A DNA stretch of 64,000 nt. It comes from an uncultured Gemmatimonadales bacterium (lineage in GTDB: Bacteria; Gemmatimonadota; Gemmatimonadetes; Gemmatimonadales; GWC2-71-9). Position 1 is the first letter of the stretch, and every line of letters begins with the position of its first letter. A program made the position numbers and the translations under genes. The notes beneath the pieces were generated by a model, which searched no databases, was not told where the DNA came from, and saw only the letters and a list, made by a program, of their open reading frames with translations. Below, piece after piece: positions 62,421 through 64,000 of the stretch. The stretch covers positions 96,001 to 160,000 of the forward strand of contig CAWJIM010000019.1 in assembly GCA_963842945.1 (NCBI GenBank), given 5' to 3'.

Positions 62421-62706
62421 ACCCACCTCGAGAGGCGGTACCCACCCTCGGTCAAGTTCATGCCATTCGGGCTGATAAAGATAATGAGTCCGGAGACCCG
62501 AGTCGCGCGCCGTCAGATGGGGATCTGCCAGGGGTCAAGATGCAGGTCAGGAACCACCTGGTTAGCCGTATTGTTGTACTGCCACAGCGCTTACGTCGAC
62601 AGCTCGCGGATCTCGCGAGTCTCCGGCGACTTTGCACCAATTAGTGCAATCGGTTATCTTGATCCTGCAAGAGAGTACCCGAAATCTGTCTTTAAAAGGA
62701 TGGTGC

Positions 62707-62970
62707 ATGAACAAGAAGAAATCCCGTAGTTCCTCTGAGGCGATCTCCTTCGCCCAGGCCCGTGACGAGCTGTTCAGCCACATCCTCCGCTGCGGCGTCA
62801 TCGACGCGCTGCCGGAGCATCAGAAGGACTGGTTCGACGATACCATGGGGTATGTCGCTGACCGGTATGAAGATCTGACCGATGAGGAGCTGGCCGAACT
62901 GCGTACTCTGGGTGAGCGGTACTGCAAGCCGGTGCGGAGGGGCGAAGTGGTGGAATCAGGCGCGGCCTGA
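62707..62970 (+). CDS. Hypothetical helical protein (87 aa)
   Basis: AAGGA RBS, FAQARDELFSHILRCGV...WFDDTM.Y...LG.RYC, followed by a terminator. Confidence 0.7.
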   Translation: MNKKKSRSSSEAISFAQARDELFSHILRCGVIDALPEHQKDWFDDTMGYVADRYEDLTDEELAELRTLGERYCKPVRRGEVVESGAA

Positions 62971-62991
62971 AACGGAATCAAAGCTTGAACA

Positions 62992-63027
62992 GCGCCCCGG
63001 AGAGCCGCTCTCCGGGGCGTTTTTATT
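62992..63027 (+). terminator. Rho-independent terminator
   Basis: GCGCCCCGGAGAG-CCG-CTCTCCGGGGCGT followed by TTTTATT. Confidence 0.85.
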
Positions 63028-63502
63028 GCCTGGATATCCCGGGAAATCGGCGCCAGCGGTAGCCCGCCGCCACCCGCACCCCCCCGCCAGCCCCCAGCTC
63101 GACGGCCCAGCCGGAGCGGCTTCCTGGTGCCTGCTCCAACCCCAGGGTCAGCACCAGATATCCTCGTCCGACGGGGCCCTCCACGCCCGCAATACCTCCA
63201 GCCACGTAGAAGCCAGGTTTCCGGGGCTCCTCCGGGCTCAACAGGAAATGGCCCAGCAACTCTCCTCTGACCGCCAGCTCTCCATCGGAGACTCCGGCAC
63301 CGAAGCCCAGCGAGAGTCGGGTTCTGCCGGTGGTTCGGAGCGCCCCGAACCCGCCCGCTACCACGAGGCCAGGATCGGAAAACGTCCCGATCGCCTGCAC
63401 GCCCAGCTCTTGAATCACCTGTGCGCTGCCGGCGTGGGCCCAGGCCAGGGTTCCCCCGGCCAGGAACAGCTCACGCCAGCGACAACGCATAGGTGATGGC
63501 AA
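63023..63502 (-). CDS. Small secreted Gly-rich, beta-barrel-like outer membrane protein
   Basis: Signal peptide ending AGSA-Q; alternating Gly/hydrophobic strands; GYRW near the C-terminus. Confidence 0.55.
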   Translation of the reverse strand: MPSPMRCRWRELFLAGGTLAWAHAGSAQVIQELGVQAIGTFSDPGLVVAGGFGALRTTGRTRLSLGFGAGVSDGELAVRGELLGHFLLSPEEPRKPGFYVAGGIAGVEGPVGRGYLVLTLGLEQAPGSRSGWAVELGAGGGVRVAAGYRWRRFPGISRQ

Positions 63503-63881
63503 TGTCCGGCGCGAGGGAGTGAATGACGGAGCAATACTTCTCGAGGGACAGATCGATGGCCCGACGGACCTTGGCCGGATCCATCCCTGATCCGGTGATG
63601 CGATAGTCCAGGTGCAACGATACGTAACGGCGGGGCTCCGTCTCCCGCCTCACGCCGGAGACTTCTATCCGGAGAGCGCTGAACGCCACCCGCATCTTTT
63701 TCAGCACTACGACCACGTCGGACCCGGTGCAGGCGGCGGCTGCCAGCAGCAGCGTGAGCATCGGTCCGGGGCCCTCAGCGTTGTCGCCATCGATGAGGAT
63801 GGACGGGCCGTTGGGCTCGCCGCCGCGAAAGCGGAGATCCTCCTGCCAGTCCAGCGTGATCCGCTTGGTCTCTTCCGGCAC
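63471..63881 (-). CDS. OsmC/Ohr-family protein (YhfA-like)
   Basis: GPGPM..LL.A.AACTG.DV, AIDLSLEKYCSV. Confidence 0.88.
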   Translation of the reverse strand: MPEETKRITLDWQEDLRFRGGEPNGPSILIDGDNAEGPGPMLTLLLAAAACTGSDVVVVLKKMRVAFSALRIEVSGVRRETEPRRYVSLHLDYRITGSGMDPAKVRRAIDLSLEKYCSVIHSLAPDIAITYALSLA

Positions 63882-64000
63882 TCAAGCTCCGAGGCGCTTC
63901 TGAGCCCGGGGCGCCACCCGGTAATAGTCCCAGATCGCGATGACGGCCATCAGGGTCGTAGCCCAGGCGATGGGGCGCAGATAGGGTGAGTCCAGCAGAA
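63882..64000 (-). CDS. C-terminal fragment of a membrane protein (possibly a CDP-alcohol phosphatidyltransferase)
   Basis: ...LLDSPYLRPIAWATTLMAVIAIWDYYRVAPRAQKRLGA*, stop abutting the OsmC-family start; truncated by the window edge. Confidence 0.4.
   Translation of the reverse strand, partial: LLDSPYLRPIAWATTLMAVIAIWDYYRVAPRAQKRLGA

Overview
High-GC bacterial chromosomal segment, most consistent with Gemmatimonadota or a related FCB-group lineage (inferred from gene content and protein style, not searched). Many genes carry 1-bp indels, densest at about 34-44 kb, which look like long-read assembly errors; such genes are reported as single reconstructed CDSs. Contents in order: a TPR-rich secreted protein, hslR, a divergent icd/aceK pair, comEA-pilB-pilT-pilC, a glutaminyl-cyclase-like M28 lipoprotein, a ~2000-aa SprA-like T9SS translocon, lptFG, nadBAC, an APC permease, a CtaA-CtaB fusion, an ABC exporter, a TonB-dependent receptor / T9SS-CTD cargo / PorV / GWxTD / lipoprotein operon, an M24 peptidase, an ECF sigma/ZAS-led ketosynthase-cyclase-methyltransferase cluster, ccmABCD, a STAS protein, acs, two tandem kup genes, VKOR-DsbA and an OsmC-family gene. 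Best leads: (1) a GEMM-I riboswitch with the A20 signature of 3',3'-cGAMP sensors, whose P1 can sequester the STAS gene's Shine-Dalgarno; (2) a SprA + PorV + CTD-cargo + TonB-receptor system with a QC enzyme and Gln-initiated secreted proteins; (3) a family of inverted tandem-repeat cassettes found both around four-helix-bundle (IVS/Avd-like) genes and empty; (4) an ACP-less FabF/SRPBCC biosynthetic cluster. No rRNA, tRNA, CRISPR array or transposase was recognised.
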